Notes under the pieces: model-generated
Databases searched by the model: none
The model's input: the letters and a program-made list of their open reading frames with translations, nothing else
Told to the model about the DNA's origin: nothing
Program-made: the position numbers and the translations under genes
Origin: Eledone cirrhosa
Taxonomy: Eukaryota
DNA: 64,000 bases
Direction of reading: 5' to 3'
NCBI GenBank assembly: GCA_964016885.1
Contig: OZ024746.1
Span: 85,126,001 to 85,190,000, forward strand
In this document: in pieces, positions 1 to 13,383 of the stretch
Numbering within the stretch: the stretch's first letter is position 1
Layout of the letters: every line of letters starts with the position of its first letter

Positions 1-248
1 TACATGCAGCTAGAACTACTGCCAGCCATTGATTTGGCAGGAATTTTTATTTTTTTGATGGACGTTGACTTTTGAGAGTTCTTCCGGCCTTTGTCAGGTT
101 TTGTTTTTTCTCCTGTAGGGTGTCCCAAATCCCCCTCCTCACCAAGTAAACGTGGTGGGGTTGCCGGTTTAGTTGCCGACGACCCGACCATGCGACAGGT
201 TGTACTAGGTTACATGCTACCAGTACATGCACTCGAGAGTTACCTGAC
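1..248 (-). mobile_element. 5' end of a diverged RTE subfamily member, continuing beyond the window start
   Basis: Minus strand GTCAGGTAAC...GTACAACCTGTCGCATGGTCGGGTCG...CTAAACCGGCAACCCCACCA...TTGGTGAGGAGGG aligns with 31114-31310. Confidence 0.75.
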
Positions 249-512
249 ATAATTTCAGTATATAGTAAATATACATCAATCACTCGATATAAGCGATAAC
301 TATATCTGTAATGATACCGTACAAAGTTACCCGGGACTGTGTGAACGTCCATATATCTTCACAGATTGTGTATATAGACAATTTATATCATCAAATTGTT
401 TCCCTGAGGATTGAAATGCAATAGGGTGGCACTGAATAATGGGAAGAGTAAATTTGTTCCAAAATTTAACATGGACAAATTAAATAAATAAATATACGAA
501 TAAATAAATATA

Positions 513-543
<31 letters not shown>

Positions 544-1169
544 ATGAAACCCTCCACGACTTAGATAAAGACTTTAAATAAGGAAAGGGAAAAGGGGAAA
601 AGGGCAGGAACACTTATTATTGAAAAATATTTTTCAACTTTCTTTTTTACTCTATCCAACTCCTATTTGCTCAAAACCAACTTTTGCCCCCTACAGAAAT
701 AAATTTGTTTCAGAGTCATATATGGAGGGAAGCAATGTCGTTGCATTCAACGAGAACCGCTAAAATATTAGAAAAATGATAAACTCCTCAAGAGATTGGA
801 ACGACTTGAATAATAATCTAAGATTAATCAAGAAAATAGTTAAAAGAAATTATAAGAACATGTATACAGAATCATATACGCAAAAAACAAGTGTCTGTAT
901 GATCTTGCCACAACAAACCCAAGATTGCACAAACTTAGTGGATTTCTAGAGAAAGAGTTATGACAGTGATATTCGAACAATTTAAAGTTTTACTCCTTTA
1001 TATCCAAAGTAAATGGAAAGCTGATGGCGCAAGAAGAATGGATGACATATTAAACAATCACAGAACTAAACAAATGGTACTTAAAATTCCTCGAGGATGA
1101 ATATTGTCTTAACAATTTATACAATTTATTTATATAATTACACACACGCACACGCACACATATATATAA

Positions 1170-1212
<43 letters not shown>

Positions 1213-1230
1213 AATACACACATACACACA

Positions 1231-1307
<77 letters not shown>

Positions 1308-1789
1308 ATAGTTTAACTTCGGCCAAAGTCTCCATCGGGTATAATACAAACAAAACTAAAAGGGTTTCGCTTGTATATATATATATAGATGTCAAAAGGA
1401 ACATTCTTGTGTAAAAGCAACCAAATCACTGTTTCTCCCCCTTTCTTTTCGCTCTCTCTCTCTTTCTACCCCCCCCCCCTCTCTCTTTCTCTCTCTCTTT
1501 CTGTTTCGATATCATACTTGTTAACTTAGTAACTTAACATAGTAACATCATACCTGCTTTCCTCTTGCTTCTTGAGCAGCACTCCTATAACGGAGTCTTA
1601 TAGTTGATGGTGCTGCACCTTTTGTAAGTAACAGACTACCAGTTAAGAACCACTACCTGGTGAATGGCTGCCTTTAGTGGAGTTCACTATGTTGTAAACA
1701 CCAGGTAAGAGATCGCTCTTCGTAAGTGCAATTACTCTTTCACTTCACCAAGTTGAAAAACATAACGGAAATAAATCCGCCGGACAATT

Positions 1790-2332
1790 CTTGTTCCTTT
1801 TACCTATTATCTGTGAACCTCATTCTAAATTAGACCCCACAAATTACCCCCTTACCACATTAAAACCCTACATTCTGATCTTCACCGAGACACAAACTTT
1901 CAAATACCTATCTATAGTGAATTTATTCTGTCTATGTTAAATATATTTACTCCAACTTCCCTCCGAAAATGTCGAGTCTGTACATACATATATTCCACAT
2001 TCTCTGTCTCCACAATGACCTTTCTCATCTGCATTTAAGCAACAATAACTTCCAGATACTCTGATCAATGCCTGCCTCCTTCTCTCTTTCAAGTCCATCT
2101 GCATGCTTTACCGTTCCCCGAACTACTCGAACCACCATGTCTTCAAGCATATCTTCGTGACTTCAACATTCACAACTCTTCATGACATTATCATGCATTC
2201 TATACCGACTCCACCGGTGCTGAAAGGAAATCTGTTGCAATCCTAAGCTCATTAAATCATCCAATTTAAACCTTACGCATCCCTGACTGACCAACAGACA
2301 TCTCAAACACTTTTGATCGCTTTCTCACCTAA
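1790..2332 (+). pseudogene. Highly degraded APE endonuclease of a CR1/Jockey-type LINE
   Basis: Scattered, correctly ordered motifs ILIFTETQ, ICMLYRSPN, DFNIHN and DRFLT across frameshifts. Confidence 0.5.
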
Positions 2333-2334
2333 CT

Positions 2335-2790
2335 TTTACGTTCTGAGTTCAAATCTCACCGAAGCCAATAATATAAAGTGCCAGTATAACACAATCTAAT
2401 TTCCCTTCCTCTAAATTGTTGGCCTTATGCCAAAATTAGAAATCTTTATTAGAGCGTTGGACAAAACGTTTTGTAGTATTTGTTCTGGCTTTCAAAATTC
2501 TGGGTTCCAAGCTCACCGAGGTCAACTTTGCCTTTTTTCCTTCCAGAGTCAATAAAATAAATGATTGGGCTTGATATAATTGATTTACACTTCCCCAAAT
2601 TTGAGACCATTATTAGTAGAGTGTCAGACAGAATACATTGTGGTATTTGTTTTGACATTTTACATTCTGAATTTAAATCCCGTCGATATCAACTTTGCCT
2701 TTCATCCTTCCGTGGTCAAACGATAAGTACTGGGGTGATTTCATCGAGTTTCCTCTCACCCCAAATTTTTAGTCTTGTATCTAAATTAGG
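2335..2790 (+). mobile_element. Three tandem degraded tRNA-type SINE copies (Nin-domain-like core)
   Basis: B-box-like GAGTTCAAATC, core AACTTTGCCTTTCATCC...ATAAGTAC and tail GGCCTT(A/G)TGCCAAAATTAGAAA. Confidence 0.7.
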
Positions 2791-4924
2791 AATCTTCGTT
2801 ATTATCATTTGTCGTTGTCATCATAGTCGTCGTCGTTGTCTTCGTCGTCGTTGTTTTTGTTGTTGATCCTCCTTTTGGTATTGTTTAGCAGTTCTAAACA
2901 TGCCTGGTCCAGCAGACCACTGATCAAAGAGGACCCAGCAATGATCTTCCTATAGTTCATCATAGTTTACATTATTTATGTGTTTATTTTTTCAATGACA
3001 TTACAATGAGATTTGAGGTATATCAAGTTGATATATTTTGCAGGTCAAGCTACTAAGTACAGGCTCCCACTTTGGTTTATGAACTTGGAGGTGGTAGTGG
3101 TGTTTGTTTAGCATGGAAATGTGACCGAGTAGTTAATAAATTACGAATTTAAGAATAACCTAAATGGAACGAGTTTCAGGCTATATTTGCTTTCAATACA
3201 CTGTTCGAAGCTGAAGTTTTCGATGGTAATCCAAGAAACCATTCAAAATTATGGGCGAATTACTTTCAAATAAAATGTTTGTTCTCAAATGTGGCTCATC
3301 TAATAAGTTAAATAATCAAATCCACATTCGCTTTATGATTTAACAAACGGCATCCAAGCTGATGATTACATTCATTTCTGGAGGGTTTTTTCCAGTAATC
3401 GTTTCAATGAAGGAGGGGAATATTAATATATTGCAATACCACATAGTGTATTGTAATATCATATATTTATCGAATCCAGCAGGAATCGAATTTAGAACAT
3501 GGCGATCAAATAAGAAAGATTAAATTAGCTAAAACGGCGCATTACTATTTCGAGCATTCTCTCCTATCTAGATGCCACGATCATTCTCTCATCGTAAACT
3601 AGGGAGTATTTTGAGGGAGTTTAAGTGTCATTACCGAACCAAAGAATCGATCTCACTGTTTGTGTTTTAAAATTTAATTAGATATTGCTTATATTAATTC
3701 TATCACAACACACACAAAGAAACAGAAAAACTTTAAGGCAGGAGCAATATCAACAGATTTATGAAAGCTGTTAGTCATTTCATTTTCGTACCATCATATT
3801 AGAAGTCATTTATTCATTTCACATTTTCTTCGTACAGTAGCAGCCGACAATAATAACTGTCGTCTGCCAAGAAGCCGTACAAAATTTTTGATATATTCTA
3901 CTTATTTTACACAATTACATCAATTCGTTTTGAGAAATAAGTATTCACAAATTATATTTTTATTCTTTTACCTTTTAAATATTACCATATTCCAAAGATC
4001 AATAACGTTCATTTCAATTTACTTGTGTATTGTTAACATTTTTTTCATTTGCTTTCATTCTAAGCATATTGCATAATTATTTTCATTCAATTTCGTTCAA
4101 GAATTCAAAGCAAATTTATCTTATTTTATCAAATATATTTTTTTTCTATCATTTCGATTGCATTTAAACTTATTTGTTCAAATTTAATTTCAAGACATTA
4201 GTTTACTTATCAATAGTATTAACTATATTTTTTTGTACGTTATTTTTATCTAAATATTCATATTTATTAATTAGGAAGAGTCGCCAATTTTTTATTTGAC
4301 TTTCATTTTATTTTATGTTATTCTATTTTATTTTATATCATAACATTTGTGTATTTATCTGAAAGGGATTGTCATTTTGATAAATGGGAAGTTGTTAAAC
4401 CAGTGCAAAGAAAACTAGATTTGGGAGAAGTAACGGTTAAATTAAATGTTTCTCTACATTATAATGCCTTTCTTGTATACACTCAGTGATATTTCAAAGA
4501 AATCTGTTAAGGGATTTACTGAAAAAAGATCACACACATACATACAAAGACAGATACACAAGCACACGCTAACACTCAAACAACACACTCCGGCAAGAAT
4601 AAACAAAAACATATATACATTAATTAATTTAAAGAAGGCGTTGAATGTTCATCCTTCTGGCGTTTTTACTTAGCCAGTGTGTTTCTATTCTTTAATATTG
4701 GCAACTGCCTCAACCAAACAAAAAGAAAAAAATTCAAACTAAATCGTCTCGATAATAACAGATGTGTAGAGAAATGCGTAAGTACCAGAAAATTCTAAAT
4801 TGTGGCTCTTTAGGGCAAAAATTCTTCTTAATACATTTAACGGTGATTGCAAATACAAATTAGACTTGTAGAGAGATAGTCACACATACACACATGATAT
4901 ATATATATATATATATATTTATAC

Positions 4925-5068
<144 letters not shown>

Positions 5069-5139
5069 AACTGCACACACAGAAGAGCAGATACAATAGG
5101 ACACAATATACAAATGTAAGATATATCATACGAGTCAAC

Positions 5140-5335
5140 ATAGTGGCTCGACCTGCTTGAAATAGTAGCTATAATTCTCTCAAACTACATACTGTGTCAG
5201 ATTCAAAAATGAAAAGCCATCTACTAAATTATGTAGATCTAGACATCTGTTAAAAGACGGGATGGTCCGATTTGGAAAGACTGTGATCTAAGAATTGTCG
5301 TTCAGGGATGGTGTAAGAACTAAAAAATGTACAAA
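5140..5335 (-). repeat. Second dispersed short repeat family (also ~2880-3060, ~28540-28640, ~41635-41975, ~62210-62405)
   Basis: Shared GCTATTT(C/T)(T/A)AGCAGGTCGAG and ACCATCCCGTCTT-like segments. Class not determined. Confidence 0.55.
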
Positions 5336-5901
5336 AACATTCTCACAGACTAGAAAGTAGACATATATATATACACTATACTCAAACCGGTATAAACATT
5401 CACATACATACATTAACTATGTGGTGAGAAGAATTAACATGCTTATGTGAAAACACTTATAATATTTGATATAATTCATTGACATATATGAATTAATATA
5501 ACACATATGTATATGTTTATATGAATGTATTATATAAAAAAGAATAGATGAATATGTATAATATAGGTATGTATATCTAGGTTGTCCTGTCCCCAAAACA
5601 TGTATACATATATTTATTAGAATGCTGTTGAAATGTGTATACACACCGTATTTATATATGTTTATATGAATATATTATACATAATTGAATATTTAAATAT
5701 ATATTGTTGCTATTCTATATTTAAATAGAAAATCGTATACACACGCACATATATGTGTATCTATATATATATATGAATGTATAAAGTATAAAAATATATA
5801 AATATCAAGAAACGCACACTCACAAGCACACATACAAATACAGACACTCACATACACAAACACACTCACACACACACACACACATATGTATCTTTGTATC
5901 A

Positions 5902-5940
<39 letters not shown>

Positions 5941-6116
5941 GGATAAAGTTTAACCCCGACGGCAGAGCTCAAGCCGTTTCGACGGCTATTTCTGGAGTCC
6001 AGAAATAGCCGTCGAAATGTCATAGTTAAATTTTTCCTATTACCCACTCTACTACCCTAAGTATTGAGTACTCTGGTGCGTTATGGTCCATCTGGTTCCT
6101 TACCACACTTCCTTCG

Positions 6117-6173
<57 letters not shown>

Positions 6174-6311
6174 CAGAAGGGATATTCAATTTGTTGGTAA
6201 TTCAACAAATATAAATGTTTATAACTGATTCAAAGCACTCGACAAGTTTTCTGGAGTATAATATACAATGATATTAAATAAATGGAAACTATATTTATAA
6301 AACCATATTTA

Positions 6312-6368
6312 TTCTATTATATATATTTCAAGGGTACCAAAATTTTGGTACGCTATCATCAGATAAAA
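6312..6368 (-). ncRNA. Minimal type I hammerhead ribozyme (family A), AUA triplet
   Basis: Minus strand TTTTAT-CTGATGA-TAGCGTACCAAAATTTTGGTACCCTT-GAAA-TATAT-ATA-ATAGAA. Confidence 0.7.
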
Positions 6369-6394
6369 TACGAAGTGTGTTTTATATATATGTG

Positions 6395-6476
<82 letters not shown>

Positions 6477-7393
6477 TGTGAATTTCGTATATCTAATGAT
6501 ATACGGTATGTTTAGGAATAAACATTTGGAAAGGCTTTCCTTAAAGTTGAAACAACTATGTATACAAAATTCACATCCTTATATGGTATGTAGCTATGTC
6601 GGAGCAAAAACTTTAATATATATATATATAATTACAACAGTGACATAAACAGGTACTTAAGTTACGTTAGGTTCTGGACAAACACTCACTCACACACAAA
6701 CACACACACACACATTACTGCTCCCTCGTTCTCTCTGTTTCTCTTACTTTCTTTCGTCCACTCTGCCATGTCAGTTAACTCTTTCTCTCTACTGACCTCT
6801 TCCTCGCACTCCCACTCACTCAGTCCCTGTTTCTCCCCTTCTTTCTTCCTCCCGTTCGCTGGGAAAACGGTTTTCATTCTTTCTAACATCGGATTCACTA
6901 GCGAAAGGTCTGTTTTCTGACTCGCGCATACATTCACACAGCTTATGCTGAAAGAATAACTATGTTGCTTGTGTTTATTTCCATCTTCGGTTAGCTTCCC
7001 CCTGTGTTGTTTACTTGTCTCACTCGCTTTACGCGTTTCTATTGTCCTAATAACTTATTTTAGTTATTATCGCTCCAACGTGAGGTATATGATTTTTAAT
7101 GCGATGAAATACCCATGATCGTTTGGTAAATCACTGATGAGGGACTCATTTTATAACATGTTATCCATGTGCAACCAGCAGTTTTCTTCTCACCCATATT
7201 TTCATATATATATATATATGAAAGGTACCCATTTACGTGCGTTGTACTGAAGCGAATAACTATGTGTCTACTCTGGGAGTTTATTTAACATTACCTATTG
7301 AGTACACTGAGATGCAACCTGTACTGGCAGTGAAACTCATGCTAGTTCCGTCAACTTATATATACTGTATATACGAATACTATATTTGTAAAC

Positions 7394-7428
<35 letters not shown>

Positions 7429-7571
7429 CAAAAGGGATATTCAATTTGTTGGTAATTCAACAAATATAAATGTTTATAATTGATTCAGAGCACTCGACAG
7501 GTTTTCTAAGGAAAACTTGAACCGTTAAGGTATTTTTATTGGTTATGTCAGAATTTATAACACACTTCGTA

Positions 7572-7628
7572 TTTTATCTGATGAAAGCGTACCAAAGTTT
7601 TGGTACCCTTGAAATATATAAAATAGAA
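7572..7628 (+). ncRNA. Family A hammerhead with mutated cleavage triplet (likely inactive)
   Basis: TTTTAT-CTGATGA-AAGCGTACCAAAGTTTTGGTACCCTT-GAAA-TATATAAA-ATAGAA. The U of NUH is replaced by A. Confidence 0.6.
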
Positions 7629-7789
7629 TAAATATGGTTTGTAAATAAACAAATAAATAAACGAATATAAACACACACAGACACCCGGATGTGGCGCATG
7701 CGCAGACTGAGCATACAACACACACACAGAAACAAAATGGCGTAGGACAGAACAAAGGAGAGGCACAAAAACAAAGAAAAGAATCCCCA

Positions 7790-7832
7790 GTCACTGAAGA
7801 GGTCACAGAATGTGTGACGAAAGAACTTTGAC
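7790..7832 (+). ncRNA. Family B minimal hammerhead-like motif
   Basis: GTCA-CTGAAGA-G-GTCAC(AGAATGT)GTGAC-GAAA-GAA-CTT-TGAC. Stem I GTCA/TGAC, with one extra G before stem II. Confidence 0.6.
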
Positions 7833-8668
7833 AATATATAAACAACTATCTGGTTGTGGAACCAACCAACCAACCAGAAATTTATAAATTTATAAATTCC
7901 TAAATTTATAAATTTATTATAATAAATTGAAGTGAAAGCAACTGGTGCGTGTGTTTCTCATTGACAACATGACCCTCCCAAAGTATAACAATATCGGTTT
8001 CAACACACGATTTCAGATAAAGAATCTTGCTAAACAAATTCAGAAACGAAATATTTATAAATATAGTTTCCATTTATTTAATATATTTCTATATATATAC
8101 GAATACTATATTTGTAAACATATATCGCGTTCGTGGAGAGAAAGAAAGAAATAAAATCGTCAAATGTTTAAACACACATTTACTTTTCCATACACAGGGA
8201 TGGGGCCAAATTTGCACAATTTAGTTGTAGTGATTAATTAAACACTTTCTACTCTAAAATGGTTAGAAAACTTCGATATACGATAAACATAACATGTACA
8301 TATATTGTAGCGTATATCCAAATAGATGTGTGTTTTGGTAGTTTGGGAAGAAAATATAATTATTGGGGGAGGGAGGGGCCATGAGTCTCTCCCTCGAGTT
8401 CCACTGCCCCTGTATATATATATATATATTGTTATACTTTGGGAGGGTCATGTTTCCAATAAGAAACACACGCACCAGATGCTTTCACTTCAATTTATTA
8501 TAATAAATTTATAAATTTAGGAATTTATAAATTTCCGGTTGGTTGGTTGGTTCCACAACCTGATGGTTGTTTATATCAAAGTTTTTTTTATATAAACAAC
8601 CACACAAAACAAGATGGCGTAGGACAGACCAAAAGAGAGGCACAAAAAAACAAAGAAAAGAATCTCCA

Positions 8669-8711
8669 GTCACTGAAGAGGTCACAGAATGTGTGACGAA
8701 AGAACTTTGAC
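8669..8711 (+). ncRNA. Family B minimal hammerhead-like motif (second copy)
   Basis: Identical to 7790-7832. Confidence 0.6.
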
Positions 8712-8922
8712 AATATATAAACAACCATCTGGTTGTGGAACCAACCAACCAACCGGAAATTTATAAATTCCTAAATTTATAAATTTATTATAATAAATTG
8801 AAGTGAAAGCAACTGGTGCGTGTGTTTCTTATTGGCAACATGACCCTCCCAAAGTATAACAATATCGGTTTCAACACACGATTTCAGATAAAGAATCTTG
8901 CTAAACAAATTCAGAAACGAAA

Positions 8923-8968
<46 letters not shown>

Positions 8969-9910
8969 ATCTCTCTATATCTACCTCACGAAACTCTCTT
9001 CCAATCTCCCTCTCTATATCAATTAACACCAAACTCTCCCCCTCTCTATGTTTACCTCACGGAACTCTCTGTCAATACCCCTCTCTATATCAATTAACAT
9101 CAATCTCTCCCCCTCTCTATATCTAATATATAATACACTCTCCCAACCCTCCTCTCTATTCTCATACTGCTCCACGTGCTTGTTTTATATTATTTTTCTT
9201 TTCTTTTCGTTTTCTTTTCGTTGGGGGTGTGTTGGGGGTGTGTTGGCTGGAACTCACCCCGTCCGCCCTCAATATTCATCTCGGAATAATTATGTTGACG
9301 TTATGCGAAAAAATATTAAATAACTAAAATTTATCAGACGTAATTTATATATACGCCCTTGCATGGCCTCAGTCGGATGGCTGAAACAGGTAAAAGAGTA
9401 TATATACACTTAACACGAAAATTAATTATAAATTATTAATTATGATTATATACAGAACTAAACATTCCATCTTAAAAAAGTATATATATTGATTGTTATT
9501 GTTATCATTATCTTCTTCTTCTTCTTCTTCTTCTTCTTCTTCTTCTGGTTCTTCTTCTTTTTCTTTTTCTTCTTCTCTTTCTTCTTCTTACTATTCTTCT
9601 TAATCTTCTCCTTGTTTCATTTTCTACTTCTTTTTCCTCATCATCTTCTTCTTCCACTGTGTCTATTCCAGATGAGCCACGAAGGAGCAGAGCTAAGATC
9701 AAAGTGGTTCCATTACAAGCCTGCCCATCCTATCGTTTACTCAGACACACTATTTCTAGGATTACATTATCTAAATACATCCTTCTTTATGTTACTTTTT
9801 ATAGATGTCAGGGAGTGGTTTAAAGCAGATTTGAAATTTCTGTTTCTGGGCTATGGAACAACCACGAATTGAATTACTCAATGGTTCGCTAATTTGAATA
9901 TATATATATG

Positions 9911-9951
<41 letters not shown>

Positions 9952-9980
9952 TTATATTTATAAAACTAATCTATATTATG

Positions 9981-10042
9981 TTTTATCTGATGAAAGCGCA
10001 CCATAGTTTGCTCTGGTGGCCCTTGAAATATGTATAATGAAA
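9981..10042 (+). ncRNA. Family A hammerhead
   Basis: TTTTAT-CTGATGA-AAGCGCACCA...TGGTGGCCCTT-GAAA-TATGT-ATA-ATGAAA. Confidence 0.7.
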
Positions 10043-10174
10043 TAAATATGGTTTTATAAATATAGTTTCCATTTGTTAATATATTGTTTATTTACTCCAA
10101 TAATTTGTTGAGTGCTTTATATCAGTTATAAAAATATTTTGCTTGTTGTATCCCAACAAATTAAATATAACCCC

Positions 10175-10244
<70 letters not shown>

Positions 10245-10262
10245 CATATATATATATACACT

Positions 10263-10378
<116 letters not shown>

Positions 10379-10424
10379 TACAATATATTAATAAATGGAA
10401 ACTATATTTATAAAACCATATTTA

Positions 10425-10486
10425 TTTCATTATACATATTTCAAGGGCCACCAGAGCAAACTATGGTGCGCTTTCATCAGATAAAA
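10425..10486 (-). ncRNA. Family A hammerhead (inverted partner of 9981-10042)
   Basis: Reverse complement of 9981-10042. Confidence 0.7.
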
Positions 10487-11542
10487 TATAATATAGGTTA
10501 GTTTTATAAATAAATATTGACATACCCTTAAAAAATACAACCATTCTGGTTGGAATCTCCTGATATATAAGTGTATGTGCATAGTTAAAATAAAGAATGA
10601 TGTATTCATGCTGGGAGATGCTATAAAATAATTTGCAAAATAGGTTGAGGCCCCCCTTTAAAGACGATAAAAAAATCGAATCCCATATCCTCCAGATACC
10701 AGCTAGGTGATTTAACCCATTAAGCCATGACAACTCTTCCTGTCGAGATAGAATTACAGCTTACAGATGTCAACGAACATCGTGTATACGTCACCAATTT
10801 CTCGGACTTTTACAAAGCACTGAGAAGATAAAGGGCCTTCGCCGTATTTTAGAGTAAAAGCATCAGTTATATAGAAATATCTAGAGTATAATGGCTGAAA
10901 TATAGTGTATATGTATGTATGTATGTATTGATTATGTTATGTATGTATGTATTGATATGTCCGTGTTTGTGTATGTAGGTATGAATATATGTGTGTATGT
11001 ATTGATGTGTTTGTATATATATATTTATATATATATACAAACACATCAATACATACACACATATTTATTTGTACACAGTATTTATTTGTACTTTATACTT
11101 AGAGCTTAATGGTTACAGGGTTCTAATTCTCATATATATATTTCTGCTCCCTTACAAGTTGAGCTATTAAGTTGTGCGTGTTGGACTGTTATTTCTGTTC
11201 AACACGCGCTTACCACGTTTGACTGGCGAAGCACGAGGTGATGAATTCATCTTTCTGTGTGAACGTTGGCAAATAGTGTTTGTGGCATTTAATCGCAATC
11301 TCTCGCTGATGAAGCCCAGGATTATCTGTTACAAACACACTCAGGGCGAAACAGATTAGGGATAATCTGTCCGAGAGATATAATGGTTATTGAGGCGGTT
11401 TGTATTATTTGATAATATATTTTTATTTTCATTTTGTCATTCTGTCTGTTTCTTGGTTAAATATTTCAAGCATATGTGGTTTTTCAACCCTTGTAATTTT
11501 AGACACACCGTTTACTGTGTTTCTTACTATATATTGTATATT

Positions 11543-11577
<35 letters not shown>

Positions 11578-11631
11578 ACTCTTTTACCCTTTTACCTGTT
11601 CCAGCCATCCGATTGAGGCCATGCTGGGACA

Positions 11632-11666
<35 letters not shown>

Positions 11667-11667
11667 A

Positions 11668-12003
11668 TTAGAGTGGCCCTTATTTTTCAACTTTCTAAAC
11701 TCCTCTATCTTGTTCCAATTAACAAAAGACCAATCTATGCAAAACCTTAGCTCAAGCGGACAACTGCAAGGCGACGCTCATCGACCGTGAAATTTTGAAA
11801 GTCAATTTTTCAGACAAAAATATTCATCTATTATAATTTTCTCTAACTTAAAAACTTATTCAGACTTATTCTTGGTATTAGAAGGATAAGTGGCAATAAA
11901 TATAATGGGGAAGGCAAGTTGCAAAGCTGGGGACAGAGCGCAGCAAAATTTTAACTTTCGGAAATTACCTGTTGCTAAGGGCCACCCTAATATACATATA
12001 TCC

Positions 12004-12076
<73 letters not shown>

Positions 12077-13275
12077 ATGTATATATACTCTCCTTACTAT
12101 CCTAGCTTTCATATTTCTCCTTTTCTCATTGTGTTTGTATATAAACAAGTACATAGATACAAGGAGAAAAGGAGAGCAATGAGAGCAAGGATAAAGGGAG
12201 AGCAAGGAGAGCAAGGAGAAAAGGAGAGAAAGGAGAGCAATGAGAAAAGGAGAAGAAGGAAAAAAAGATAGCAAAGAGAGCCATGAGAAAAAGAGAGCAA
12301 GGAGAGCAAGGATAAAGGAAGAGCAAGGAGAGCAATGAGAAAAGGAGGGCAAGGAGAGCAAGGAGAAAAGGAGAGCAAGGAGAACAAGGATAAAGGAAGA
12401 GCAAGGAGAGCAAGGATAAAGGAAGAGCAATGAGAGCAAGGAGAGCAAGGAGAAAAGGGGAGCAAGGAGAGCAAGGAGAAAAGGAGAGAAAGGAGAGCAA
12501 GGAGAGCTTCTTCCTTTACAAACATCGAATTTTCGTCTTTTGTAACAAAAACTTTCTTCGCGAGATTTTCTATCAGCACCGATTTCCTCGACAAAGTCCC
12601 TTCAATATGGAAGGATGATCCTGGTTACAAAAGTGGACTTGAAAAACTTGAGAAGACAGTTGCTGTGAATGATGTTGCAGAAAGAGGTGTCAAACTCATT
12701 CAGGATTACAATAACATTCTCATAAAAGATGGAAACTGAGAAACAATTTCGTTACCGAAAACCGTAAAACATACCCAAAATGCCACTAAATCCTCTCTTA
12801 TGCAAAAATAATGTTCAATATTCAGTGTTCAGTATTCACATTATGTTTTTGATTTAATAGAAATTATTGTTGTAAATAAAAATGCGTTCCTCTTATAGAA
12901 GTTTTAATAAAACCTAATATATCTTAATTTTTTCATCTAATTTAAGGAAATTTTCAAATTAACTATTGGTAAATCTGATTCAGAACGTTTTTAAACACTT
13001 GCTGGGGTTGCCTGGATGTGTCCACATAAATTTCTCTTAGAAGAAAAAAGAAAATAGTCGAGATAGGGAACAGTATACCGCTTTTGAACAAAATTAATCG
13101 TTGCGTATACTATGTTCCAAATTCAAGGCGTTTGAGGGTCACCTAACAGTTGTCCGATTGAGCTGAAATTTTGCACACCCCGTGTTTTTGTTCATTGAAA
13201 GAGGATTAGGGGTGGGAGGGGAGCAGCAACAAATTTTAATTTCGCAAAATTACCTGTTGCTAAGGGCCATCCTAA
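11668..13275 (+). mobile_element. Degraded cut-and-paste DNA transposon (probably hATm-like) with TIRs and a transposase C-terminal remnant
   Basis: Left TIR TTAGAGTGGCCCTTA (11668-11682). Right TIRs TAAGGGCCACCCTAA (11976-11990) and TAAGGGCCATCCTAA (13261-13275). Remnant WKDDPGYKSG...VAVNDVAERGVKLIQDYNNIL at ~12607-12730. The superfamily assignment is from memory and uncertain. Confidence 0.65.
12160..12507 (+). repeat. Purine-rich 9-bp minisatellite (AAGGAGAGC variants)
   Basis: Directly visible. Confidence 0.9.
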
Positions 13276-13292
13276 TATATACGCGTGTGTGC

Positions 13293-13380
<88 letters not shown>

Positions 13381-13383
<3 letters not shown>

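Larger units (their letters stand above)
6165..7665. mobile_element. Interrupted Penelope-like family A repeat pieces in direct and inverted orientation
   Basis: 6170-6255 recurs at 7425-7510, and 6295-6385 is inverted at 7555-7645. The same family occurs at 9955-10515 and 33251-33365. Confidence 0.55.
7680..8930 (+). mobile_element. Penelope-like family B: two direct ~330-bp repeats plus an inverted partial copy
   Basis: ~7735-8060 is repeated at ~8612-8930, and ~8425-8580 is the reverse complement of its central part. Each direct copy carries a hammerhead motif. Confidence 0.6.

Noticed and set aside
398-430. CTGAGGA-TT-GAAA hammerhead-like core
   Set aside because: Stem II is absent. At best a decayed remnant, possibly chance.
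4366-4429. Possible micro-exon DCHFDKWEVVKPVQRKLDLGE
   Set aside because: Weak acceptor and donor, no neighbouring exons or recognisable family.
5954-6030. Complete hammerhead at the large palindrome
   Set aside because: Has GAAA, stem III and GUC but no CUGANGA box, so it is counted only as a half motif.
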